A stretch of DNA of 64,000 bases from Nemertoderma westbladi (taxonomy: Eukaryota > Animalia > Xenacoelomorpha): contig JAUCBJ010008837.1 of NCBI GenBank assembly GCA_032718475.1, forward strand, positions 21,638 through 85,637, read 5' to 3'. Position 1 is the stretch's first letter. Each line of letters begins with the position of its first letter. The notes beneath the pieces are model-generated. The model saw nothing but the letters and a program-made list of their open reading frames with translations, did not search any database and had not been told where the DNA came from. A program made the position numbers and the translations under genes. Positions 37,510 to 47,600 of the stretch are shown piece by piece.

Positions 37510-39201
37510 ATGGCACATTCAGAAATCAGCTATTCAAGCAACGATCTGGTTTGCAACGAAAATCAGTTTATGCTACAAGACAACTCGTTTGGTCTATATT
37601 TCGATTCGGCGAACAAACTCTTCCCGTTAACGATAAATACAACCTTAAACCAACCCATCCCGATTCCGGCAAACTACGCGCACTTTATTTTCCGCGCCTG
37701 CTACGAACTTCACGATGGACAATATCAAACCCTCGACGATAATAAACTTCATTCCTCCAACCACGGTTTCAAACTTTTAAAAAGGGACAACAAAATCACG
37801 TTCAATCTAACTACTTCGCCCGAGACGTTTACGATTCCAACTAGTATAGTCGATTTTATTCGAGAAAACATCAACCAAGATGTGGCAAATCGTCTACTGG
37901 GTTTAACCACCCTCGTAACCTCCTTCTTCTCCGATGATCGCTTATTTGATTTTCATAGTATCGCAAACTCGATTCTTCTTCTCATCTGGAACTCGTCGAC
38001 TCCGACCGAGGAAGAGGAGACTCGTTTCTTTAAACTTTTCGACAAGGATGTTCTCACTTTCGGCGAGAAATTGAATGAGCTCACATGCTTTTTCGCCAAT
38101 AAAGTCTCCTATTACTTTGGATTCAATTATAGAGTTGGCACCTATGGAAGTATTAACCCAGTGAATCCACTCGAGTTAATAAAGCTGGAAGACACTGTAA
38201 ACAGTTCATGGATCACATTTTCCGTCACCTGCGCCAATTTATTTCAACAATATGTAAACATCTGTCGCCCTTTTATTAATCCTACTACTCACCTTGTCCT
38301 AAAACCGGGAATTTGGGTTGCTTTTGACTATTGCACTTTTGGGTTTGTTACAAATATTCGGAACGAGCGCAATTTAGCGATCACCAATGGCTACGAGGTT
38401 GACGATGGAAAGGCTATTGTTTCTTCTAGGGGCATGATTCTTCTTACACCAACCGAGGTCGGCGAATTGAAATGGTTCGATTCAACCGTCGAGGATAGTG
38501 AATGTGTCTGCTACGATGAACTTAACGTATACAAAGACAACATTTCCGAGCGAATATCGATACAAAGTTGTATCAGCGATTCAGAAATTGATTTACAGAT
38601 AACCGAGAGAAAATTTAACGAATCCTTTACTATAGCTAACACGATTCAAGCGCGCGAGGCTCTAATCAGATTCAAGGCTATGGCTATACAATTTGCTTTC
38701 AAACCAAAGCAGATTACGATCCCCAATCACCAACGCTATCTCATAAATAGCAGTATCGCAGCCTTTATCTATAAGTTCAAATCCGAAAAATATGTTGGTA
38801 TCTGGCCCATTTTAATGAAAGACGAAGAGAATACCACTTTTCAGTTCACCAACGGTCTCAATATTAGGGGCAGCGATTTTCTCGCGATAAATATAACCAA
38901 CCCACCCAACTCTCACTACTATCTCAGTCCTTACATTCATATCGAGAACAAACCAGCAGAAATTATATTCACCAATACGAAAAATACCAACACTATCACC
39001 CTATCCAACGACTTTACCATCGCGCGCCTTTTCAAATTACTAAAACGTTCTCTCAGAGAAGGCATATTTCTCCCGCAGCAAACACACCTTAATCTATTTC
39101 ACCCCCCAAGAAAAGGTTATCTCAACAAACTATTAAAGAGAAAATTATCGCAACCATTAATAGTATCGGACCCTAAAAGGGTTAAACCAGTTATTCTCTG
39201 A
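37510..39201 (+). CDS. 563-aa protein with two or more PC4-like repeats
   Basis: FGFVTNIRNERNLAI...SRGMILLTPTEVGEL and AAFIYKFKSEKYVGIW...NGLNIRGSDFLAI; C-terminal NLS-like PKRVK. Confidence 0.65.
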   Translation: MAHSEISYSSNDLVCNENQFMLQDNSFGLYFDSANKLFPLTINTTLNQPIPIPANYAHFIFRACYELHDGQYQTLDDNKLHSSNHGFKLLKRDNKITFNLTTSPETFTIPTSIVDFIRENINQDVANRLLGLTTLVTSFFSDDRLFDFHSIANSILLLIWNSSTPTEEEETRFFKLFDKDVLTFGEKLNELTCFFANKVSYYFGFNYRVGTYGSINPVNPLELIKLEDTVNSSWITFSVTCANLFQQYVNICRPFINPTTHLVLKPGIWVAFDYCTFGFVTNIRNERNLAITNGYEVDDGKAIVSSRGMILLTPTEVGELKWFDSTVEDSECVCYDELNVYKDNISERISIQSCISDSEIDLQITERKFNESFTIANTIQAREALIRFKAMAIQFAFKPKQITIPNHQRYLINSSIAAFIYKFKSEKYVGIWPILMKDEENTTFQFTNGLNIRGSDFLAINITNPPNSHYYLSPYIHIENKPAEIIFTNTKNTNTITLSNDFTIARLFKLLKRSLREGIFLPQQTHLNLFHPPRKGYLNKLLKRKLSQPLIVSDPKRVKPVIL

Positions 39202-40359
39202 GACCAGCAACCCTATTAATATAAACAGTCTCTATTTAATAAAAACTGTTCTCACTATATCTTTTGTTATTGTCGATGTTCTTATATTATTTATTTTCAA
39301 TGTTGTTGGTAAATTATTTATCTGTTGTTATATTATTTAATATTGATGTTGTCGGTAAATTATTTATTCTTGTTTCCCCATATTGTTTAAAAAATATAAG
39401 ATGCTTAACCGGCTATTTTTCATTTTTCTCTACTAGTTAATCTATTCTATGAGAGCGAGCCATGAAGTAAGTGAGTCTCAGCATACCATTAATGACCCCT
39501 ACTGCTTCTTCGTAATCAATTTGAATGTTAACCCCTAAATAAACAGCCAATCCCTATGAATTCTTTACAAACTCGATATGCAAGTTGTTTATCAGAGCTG
39601 ATTTTAATTAAAATATATTATTTAGCGATTTTCGTGATTAATGCTATAAATTATATTCACCAAAATGAAAATATCCACCCTATTACTCTATCCATCAAGC
39701 GATGCTTTGTATGTATTGATGGCGAGCAAAGTTTTCAGGGCGACCACCTCTAGGCTGTAAGTACGCTGTTCTGTCCTATCATAGACACTCTGTCTTTTAG
39801 ATGCTTCACTGTTAATATTAAGCCGTTAGCCATGGCGCCGCTGATAAGCCGCGAGGATATTCAAAGGCTTTGGTTTGATTGTTCGTACTATGGATAGTTC
39901 AATGAAATCATGAAAGGGAGGGCCGCATGGGGTTGAAAGTGATAGCCCCTCATCCTTATTTTCCCGAGAAATTCTTAAAGGCGACTATGAATAGAACAAT
40001 GAAACATTAAAGGGAGGACCGCATATGATGGGAATGATAGCCTTTCAACTGCCTTTGCCCAGATTTGTGTAAGTTCGAGGGAGGATGTAGAGGAAAATAT
40101 ACTCGTAGCTTTAATGCCCCATTTGATTAAAGTAGAGCAAATTTAGCTTTCACCTAAGGGTTATCACTCCTTGCAACTGCAAAATTTAAAATTCTATCTA
40201 TGATGTATTCACTATATTTCGTTTGCTGACATTATTTCATCGCGAAATTAAAAGCATCTGCTATCACTATTATTATAGTATATTATCTAAACTAGTGACA
40301 CCGAGTTGGAACAGATAGGATAATTGCACTTTGTTATGTTTTAGTTTAGTAGCTTTAAT

Positions 40360-41012
40360 CATAATACTACCAGGCTATAAAATGTTGTATAAATATCGGG
40401 GGGAGGGTCATAATGACCCCGGTCGAGGTGGGGAATCGAATCTATGACAATCTGTATATCCTATTTTGTGTTTACTTTTTATATTTTCCACGAAGCGAGG
40501 GCAAAAATTTAAATTTCCTGAAAATTTCTGAGTCTCAGCACACCATTAATGATCCCTATGCCTTTTTCGTAGTCAATTTGAATGATAATCCCTAAATCCC
40601 TATATTTTTCATAAAAACCCTCAAAACTTTACAAATTTTGAAAAATCGGCTAATATAAAATGCCCCATAGTTTCAATAAAAATGGTACTCGAAATGTGAA
40701 TACAATGCTTCCACTTCATCAAGGTGAAACCTTAACGAAAACTATCCTGATCCACACTCGATTTGTAAATACATTGCATCCACTTTTACCCAGATGGAGC
40801 ATTTGTATTGTATTTAAGATTTATTTTCATGAGTCACATAATAACCCCAATACTACCGGCCTATAAAATATTGTATAAATATTGGGGGGAGGGTCATAAT
40901 GACTCTGGTCGAGATAGGGAATCAAATCTATGACAATCTGTATATCCTATTTTGTGTTTACTTTTTATTTTTTCCGTGAAGCGACCAAAATTTAAAATTC
41001 CTGAAAATTTCG
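40360..41012. repeat. Two ~165-bp direct repeats (about 40360-40530 and 40848-41012), each with a minus-strand tRNA T-arm-like unit
   Basis: Shared GGGGGAGGGTCATAATGAC...GAATC.AATCTATGACAATCTGTATATCCTATTTTGTGTTTAC. Confidence 0.75.
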
Positions 41013-41495
41013 CGGATAGAGAATATAAATATAATTGGTGAGCATAGTGCTACGCGAAGGCTCCATGGCAGATGTATTTTAGCTATGGACTCGTATATCC
41101 ATTCTACTCTACTATAGCCAGACTGTCTTCGAGGTGCCCCGTTAGCCTTGGCGCCGCTAAATCTGCATGAGGGTCGGCCGGCAAGCGAGATATCTCTATT
41201 GCTAATAAGCTTGAGGGCCCAAATAAGGCTAACATTCATATGCTATATCCCATAGTTATTACCGATATATAATTACTACTGGCTCCTAACGACTTATCAC
41301 TGGGAGCCCTTTAATTAAAGCCGCCGCTCGTTGAAACTGTTGCGTTGCTCCCTCTGCGCTGATGCTATATAAACCGAGACGGGGCCTTCATTCGTCACCA
41401 GTTTTGAGTTCGAAAAATTTTATGTGATTTATTCTACATTTTAAACTTTTGCGTTTACAATTTTAAACTTGTTAATTTACCAATTAATCAATACC

Positions 41496-41921
41496 ATGGA
41501 TTCCACCTCCAACACCCAGCTAGCTGCCCCCGTGGCATCGGTCTCCATCACCACCACAGCTACATCCATCACCACTGCTTCCAACGCTATCAACACAACC
41601 ATGACCAGAAGCGTTGGTACACAGACCATGGAGAGCAGGTCGGAAGCGGCCACTCCCTATGGCCGTTTTATGAGGGATCAGGAAGAGGAGATGGCCTGGG
41701 AGGAGGATTTGGTTAATCGAGAGCTCGAGATTCGAGCATTGGAGGAAGCGCGTGTGGAAGGGCTTCGGACCTCCTCCAACTGGTACGACCAGTATTTGTA
41801 CCAGGAATATGTTCTGAAAGAGAAAGCAGCGGCTGAGGAACAGCGTTTCCTTCACCCTTTTCCCCAGGAAAACTGGGAGGAAACAGAGGATTTTAGGGAG
41901 GAACCATGGTGTAAGTTTTAA
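41496..41921 (+). CDS. Hypothetical protein: Ser/Thr-rich N-terminus, acidic/aromatic C-terminus
   Basis: TATATAAA at about 41367, Kozak-like ACCATGG, GC-richer than its flanks. Confidence 0.6.
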   Translation: MDSTSNTQLAAPVASVSITTTATSITTASNAINTTMTRSVGTQTMESRSEAATPYGRFMRDQEEEMAWEEDLVNRELEIRALEEARVEGLRTSSNWYDQYLYQEYVLKEKAAAEEQRFLHPFPQENWEETEDFREEPWCKF

Positions 41922-42119
41922 TTAATACTAACATTCCTTTATATAATATGATATAATAAAATAGGTTAAAGCAATATGCAGTTTGAATAGAAATTAATTT
42001 GAGTAATTACAATAATTTTAACGTTATAAGAATGACCAAGATGGCTATAAAGCAATTACTTAAATAATAAATTATTATTTAATTATAAAATAAATTATTT
42101 ATTTTCTCATAGGCTAAAT

Positions 42120-42614
42120 TTGCGTGAGGACCGGCCGGCGAGCGAGATTGGGAGCGCAGTTGTCCCTTACAGTTACTCCTTACAGTATTTGCCTATGTCG
42201 AACCATCTGAAATTCCTCGGACACAAACTGGGAAATTCTAACCCCGCTAGCAACCTCCACAATGTTATCCAGACAATAGCCATGATGTCGCAAGTTTTCC
42301 ATACCAAAGGATGGACAGCAAGGTGGCTCAACCTAGAGACCATCTTTAAGATGTGGAACACACTCACCGTCCCTGTCATAATCTACAGATTAACTCTGAC
42401 TATTGGATCCCTACGCCGAAAGGATATCGACAAACTCGACGCCTACCACCGCAAGGTGCAACGTAGCCTCTTACTTCCTGGGAACTATCTGGAGAATAAT
42501 ACACTCTATCTACTCTCAGGGACCCCACCATTATCGATCATTGCCTATCGGAGTTGCTATAGAACCTTAGTTAGAACACTTGATTGCCCTAGTCTCGAGC
42601 TACAGTTACCTTAA
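42120..42614 (+). pseudogene. Divergent fragment resembling the C-terminal (thumb) region of a LINE reverse transcriptase
   Basis: LKFLG...PVIIY...KLDAYHRKVQRSLL...NNTLY...TPPLS parallels FQYLG...SVFLYG...RIDGCYTRLLR...NAELY..IPPVS in the RTE element at 54480-59310. Confidence 0.55.
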
Positions 42615-43267
42615 TTATAAATGTATTTACCCCCACATTATTTATTACTATTAGGTCTATCTATTCAAGAAATTATATGTTTTTATAATATACTTTGGAA
42701 AATTAGTCGACTAAGTCATAATTTTTAAAACTTTAAATACGGGTTGAGTTATTTTATAAAGTTAAGAAGAATGAACCAATAGAGGGAGCCTGAAGTCTAA
42801 TCTCTTGGTCTTTACTCACATTAACTCCCAAGGTTGCATACTATCACTATAGCCGGGGGAGTCAAAGCTAGAGTGTATGCTAGAGTTAACCAAGAGCTAG
42901 GAAAAAGAATAATGCTCTTCTAGGGTCCAAACTCACATCCCTCCAATTAGAGAACTAAGCAAATGATCAGCTTGAAGGTCTTAGACCCTTAATCGGAGGC
43001 ATCGAGCAGCCAATGAGAGAGCAGATGCGAGTACAGTGGTAAAGCCCATCCATAGTGAGATAGCGTTGCACTAGCTCTCAAGGATAGTTATACTCATCAT
43101 TCAAATATCCCTCGCAAACCAGATTCCCCCAACATCTAAAGTAATCCACTTCATTGTAAAATATATAATGCAATATAACTCGAATATTTCTGTTTTTATA
43201 ATATAAATAATAATTGTTACATAAATTTATAATTTAACATGTAAATATAAGGTGAAAATTCACTTTA

Positions 43268-44070
43268 ACATAGAGTAACTAAACTAAACACAAAATAGGA
43301 AAAACAGAAGGTCACGGGCTCAATCCCTACTCATATCCAGTTTTATGGAAAATAAACAGGAGGTCATAGGTTCAATCCCTACTCGCGACCATTATAAATC
43401 CAACACAAAATAAGTTAAACCAGGGTTCGAATCCTAATCATGAAAATATAAAAAGTAAACATAGAATAACTAGAGTAACTAAACTAAACATAAATTAGGA
43501 AAAACAGAAGGTCACGGGTTCAATCCCTACTCGCGACCATTATAAATCCAACACAAAATAAGTTAACCAGGGTTCGAATCCTAATCATGAAAATATAAAA
43601 AGTAAACATAGAATAACTAGAGTACCTAAACTAAACACAAAATAGGAAAAACAGAAGGTCATGGGCTCAATCCCTACTCGTATCCCGTTTTATGGAAAAT
43701 AAACAGGAGGTCATAGGTTCAATCCCTACTCGCGACCATTATAAATCCAACACAAAATAAGATAAACCAGGGTTCGAATCCTAATCATGAAAATATAAAA
43801 AGTAAACATAGAATAATTAGAGTACCTAAACTAAACACAAAATAGGAAAAATATATGCTCGCAGGTTCGATCCCTAGTCGTATCCCGTTTTATGGAAAAT
43901 AAACAGAAGGTCACGGGTTCAAGCCCTACTCGCGACCATTATAAAACCAATACAAAATAAGTTAAACCAGGGTTCGAGTCCTACTAATGCAATTATAAAA
44001 AGTAGGTAACACGGATGGTCACGGATTCAAACCCTACTCACGGAAAAATAAAAACCAACACAAAATAAAT
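43268..44070 (+). repeat. Tandem array of about 12 tRNA T-arm/B-box-like motifs
   Basis: Units such as GAAGGTCACGGGTTCAATCCCTACTCGCGACCA and CCAGGGTTCGAATCCT at roughly 50-90 bp spacing; higher-order period about 150-200 bp. Confidence 0.85.
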
Positions 44071-44107
44071 AATATAGTAAACTTTCATGTATACCATAGT
44101 AAATAAA

Positions 44108-44614
44108 CTAATTTAATAATAAAGTTTGTAAAATAGATAATGATTCGGGGAATTCACCGGCTGGACACATGGAAACGATTTTATTACTATGAAATACACT
44201 GAAATATGCACGTCCTTTATATATTCTAATCGCGCAAAATAATTCGGGGGTATAGCTAATAAATATTGCTTTATTATTAATTGTATGATGTCCACATTTT
44301 TTCATTAATAATTTAAAATTAACACTTGGAAAAATAATAGTTCGTGTTTCGGTATTAAGTTTCAAATTTTGTAATTGCATCCCGATAGTTTGTTTTAAAT
44401 AAAGCAATTCACTAGCTAAATTATTGCACAGGCCTACAATTGTTACTGCGCCGCTGGGAAATAGCATTATAGTTGAATCGTCACCTTTGTAGATAAACAT
44501 GTTTGGTTTTAAGCTACTTTGACCTGTAATTTGCTGTGAAATTTTATCTAGTTCAAATTTGGCAATGTTTTTTCCGGTAAACTGTTTATTGGTTATTTCT
44601 ATTTTGTTGTTCAA
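44108..44614 (-). CDS. TBP-like protein (uninterrupted frame, no ATG at the 5' end)
   Basis: Two-repeat layout: IEITN..FT....FEL..I...KPNMFIY...STIMLFPSGAVTIVG and LNT.T..I...VNFK.L...SYTPELFCAIRI...YFSVFHSNKIVSM, versus TBP TTALIFSSGKMVCTG and SYEPELFPGLIYR...LLIFVSGKVVLTG. Confidence 0.8.
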   Translation of the reverse strand: MNNKIEITNKQFTGKNIAKFELDKISQQITGQSSLKPNMFIYKGDDSTIMLFPSGAVTIVGLCNNLASELLYLKQTIGMQLQNLKLNTETRTIIFPSVNFKLLMKKCGHHTINNKAIFISYTPELFCAIRIYKGRAYFSVFHSNKIVSMCPAGEFPESLSILQTLLLN

Positions 44615-44637
44615 TTTCTTATTCTAGAAAAATAAAA

Positions 44638-47600
44638 TTAAATCCTAGTAGGGGGGATTACTACTCGTTTCGCCGGTCTAACAAGCTTAGTGCTATAGTG
44701 TCCGTATGGTTTGCTGCTATATTTACTACTCCAATATGATTTCGTATCCCAGAGCGTTAGTGCCTTCTTATAGACATGACCAGTAAAAATTTGATGCTTT
44801 CTAGAAGTGAAGGTAGAGTTATAGCGGAAGAGCATTGCCTCGTTTTCAAAACAGTCTGCATAATCCTCGTGTGTTAGTTGCTTAGCGACAACCGATCTAG
44901 ATACACCTTTGGCGGTTTTCTTGATTGGGGCATCGTAGGATTGAAAACTGTAGACCTTTGGTTTAAGGAAAACCCACTGTTTATACTGCAAACCGCAGCT
45001 CTCATCTTTTACGAAGCCGAGAGCCGCTTTGTGTTTAATGGTATAGAGTGGATGTGTTGTACTGTAGTTGGAAGTATCTAGGAAACCACCCTCAAACATT
45101 GCCCGTAGAAAGGTTAGCTGTGGTGTATTAGTTACGCTTAGCATTAGAGAATCCGTGTCACCGGCTAGACAGCGAATCTGGCAATCCAGTTTTTGTTCTA
45201 GAGGCTTCAGTTTGTTGTAAAATAGGTCGTACATCTGTAGCTTAGATAGATCTAGTATAGTGCAACCGATGAACACGCCCTGATTTAGGCAAACAGCCTC
45301 TTTAGTGAAAGTATGACCACTCAAGTTGGGGGTAAATACAACAAACGATTCGTGATTGGGCTTGGCTAAGAGCAAATCGCATTGTTCGTCGCTATTGCAT
45401 AACCTGAAAGAAACGCGGTCTCTAACCTTTTGGAGGCATTTCCCATACAAGGCATTGTTCATCAACTTATAAAATAGGACCTCGAATGGGTTATTTGCCG
45501 ACTGTCTTTTATTTGTATTAAAACTAATGTAGTCCTTGAAAATATATTTTTGCGAGAAAGAGTAGACCCTATGTACTTGTGTAAGTTTAAGACCGAGCTT
45601 CAAATAGAGTTGAAGTAGCTTAATATGGATACCGTATTCAACCTTATTAAACTGATGTAGTAGTAGCTTAGTACAGGTATCGTTGTATGGTCTACAGGTA
45701 GCCTTATCGGTGAGATTGTAATGCTCCCAAAGATCTTCCATGTATTCGCTAAGAAAGGATTTAGGGACTGACATCTTCTCCGCTCCTAGAGGCAGATCGG
45801 CGGTCAAATCATGAATTTCTTTCGGATAATGTAGATCAACTATGCAATAATAACCAGTATCCCCACTCGCGTCTACTGTAGCTAGGTCTATGGGGGTAGT
45901 TACGAGTTTAATATTAGCGTAGGGAAGTTTCTGGCTCAGGGCGCAGCCGTAAAGGTTATTCGCATCGATGGGAATTAGATATTTCTCGGGGAGACTGGAG
46001 TTGTAGTCGGGTTTATCGGGAATATTTGCGTCTACGGAATGCGTATTCAAGAAAACTAGACCACCCCTAATATTTGTTTCAAAGTCTGAGTAGATGGAAG
46101 CGTCTGATAGTAATTGAATTTCTGATTGCGTGAATTTCAGCGCCGCGTCGTAAGTTAATCCAGGGGCAGTGAAGTACATTACGGGCTCGAGTCCATAATT
46201 AGTAAGACAGAGGGATCGGAACTGCTCGAAAGTATCAGCCAATAGGGTAACGTCTAGAACCAAATAGCCAATCATATAGTCGAAGATTGTTGTGCAGTTT
46301 AATTCATCCCAAGTAGTAAGCGCGCGCTGATAGTTGTCTGCGCTACATTGTTCCAATTTGAGATCATTATAGAAGCTTTCTATTGGGGGGAGTGTAGTTT
46401 CGTATAGGTTTGAAATATTTTGAATGTAGGAATATGGGAATACGCCCTTGTTTTTTATTATGTTATCGCTAATGATAGGATAGAGTCGGGTCATTTGAGC
46501 TAGTGTATGGGGTATGGCTGTTGCTAGGTTACTGTTATTTTTAGTGAGATAGCTACTAAGATTATCTAGGCTGGCAGTCATAAACTGATAGGAATCTAGA
46601 AAATTAATGGAGATACTTTCTTTAGCGTTGGCTGTTGGTGTACTCGGATCGATTGGGAAGCTAACTTTAAGGTGAATATAAGTTTCGGTGTTTTTTGGTA
46701 TTACGGTCATTTTCCAGTGTGTTCTAGAACTATCGGTCATTCCTTCTTTTAGTAGTAAATGCATATCGAATTTCCTCAGGTTATGAAATATAATATAAAA
46801 ATTATTCCGTTTTAGGGAAAGTTTCCTGTTGCAGCTGACGCAAGCAGCCCCCCGATACTCCCCGCTATAATGATCGTGATCGCGGACTTTGGTGCTGAGA
46901 TTGTCATTGAGGTTTAAATTATGAGAATCGGGGGTTAAATTACAGTTGCAGACGTAGCATTGTGTAGCGTTATTAAAGTCAGTTTGTTGGCTAGTAGTGA
47001 GTTGCATGGGGGCGTGCGTGTTTGTACTAAAAATGGACCAATCGTATAACTCCCTACAATGACTTTCCATAGCGGTTAGAAAGTCGCGCATTACGTGGTT
47101 ACTGCCATCGTCGCGGAAAATTTGAACATCTGTTTTAGGAGGGTTAATTAATTTCTGATTTGCTACTGTATAAAAGGCTGCCGCGCTAGCTATATGTTTC
47201 TGTGGGAGTTTAATATTGTTTGTAGGTTCTAGAATAGTTTCAATGTCGGCGTATATACAGAAAGGCGGGGATAGAGTCTTATCATACCTATCAAATTTAA
47301 CCAAGAGATTTTCGGGCATATACTCGAGTTGGCGTTTACCCGTATAGCAACGCTCTCGATGTTCTTCCAATGATTTGTCAGTGTAAAAGCCTCTGAGACA
47401 GCGTTCGCAGTGCGTCTTCTTACCGTTAGAATCTTTTGAATTTATTAATCTATCTATGTTAGTAATAGCTACGTAGTGGGCGGGGTTTTTGCTTGTGGCT
47501 TCGATAAATAATAAGTTTAGTACAGTTTTACCGGAACAGTGCGCGCTATCTGGTTGACTTAGAATGGAGAGTTCTTCCGTATTACTCCAATAAAGAAGGT

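Noticed and set aside
39556-39753. 65-aa ORF also present at 1934-2131
   Set aside because: Conservation is explained by overall DNA identity of the two copies; no recognisable domain.
43268-44070. CRISPR array or real tRNA genes
   Set aside because: Linkers are themselves repeated, there are no cas genes and the context is eukaryotic. No full cloverleaf could be built; only T-arm/3' halves.
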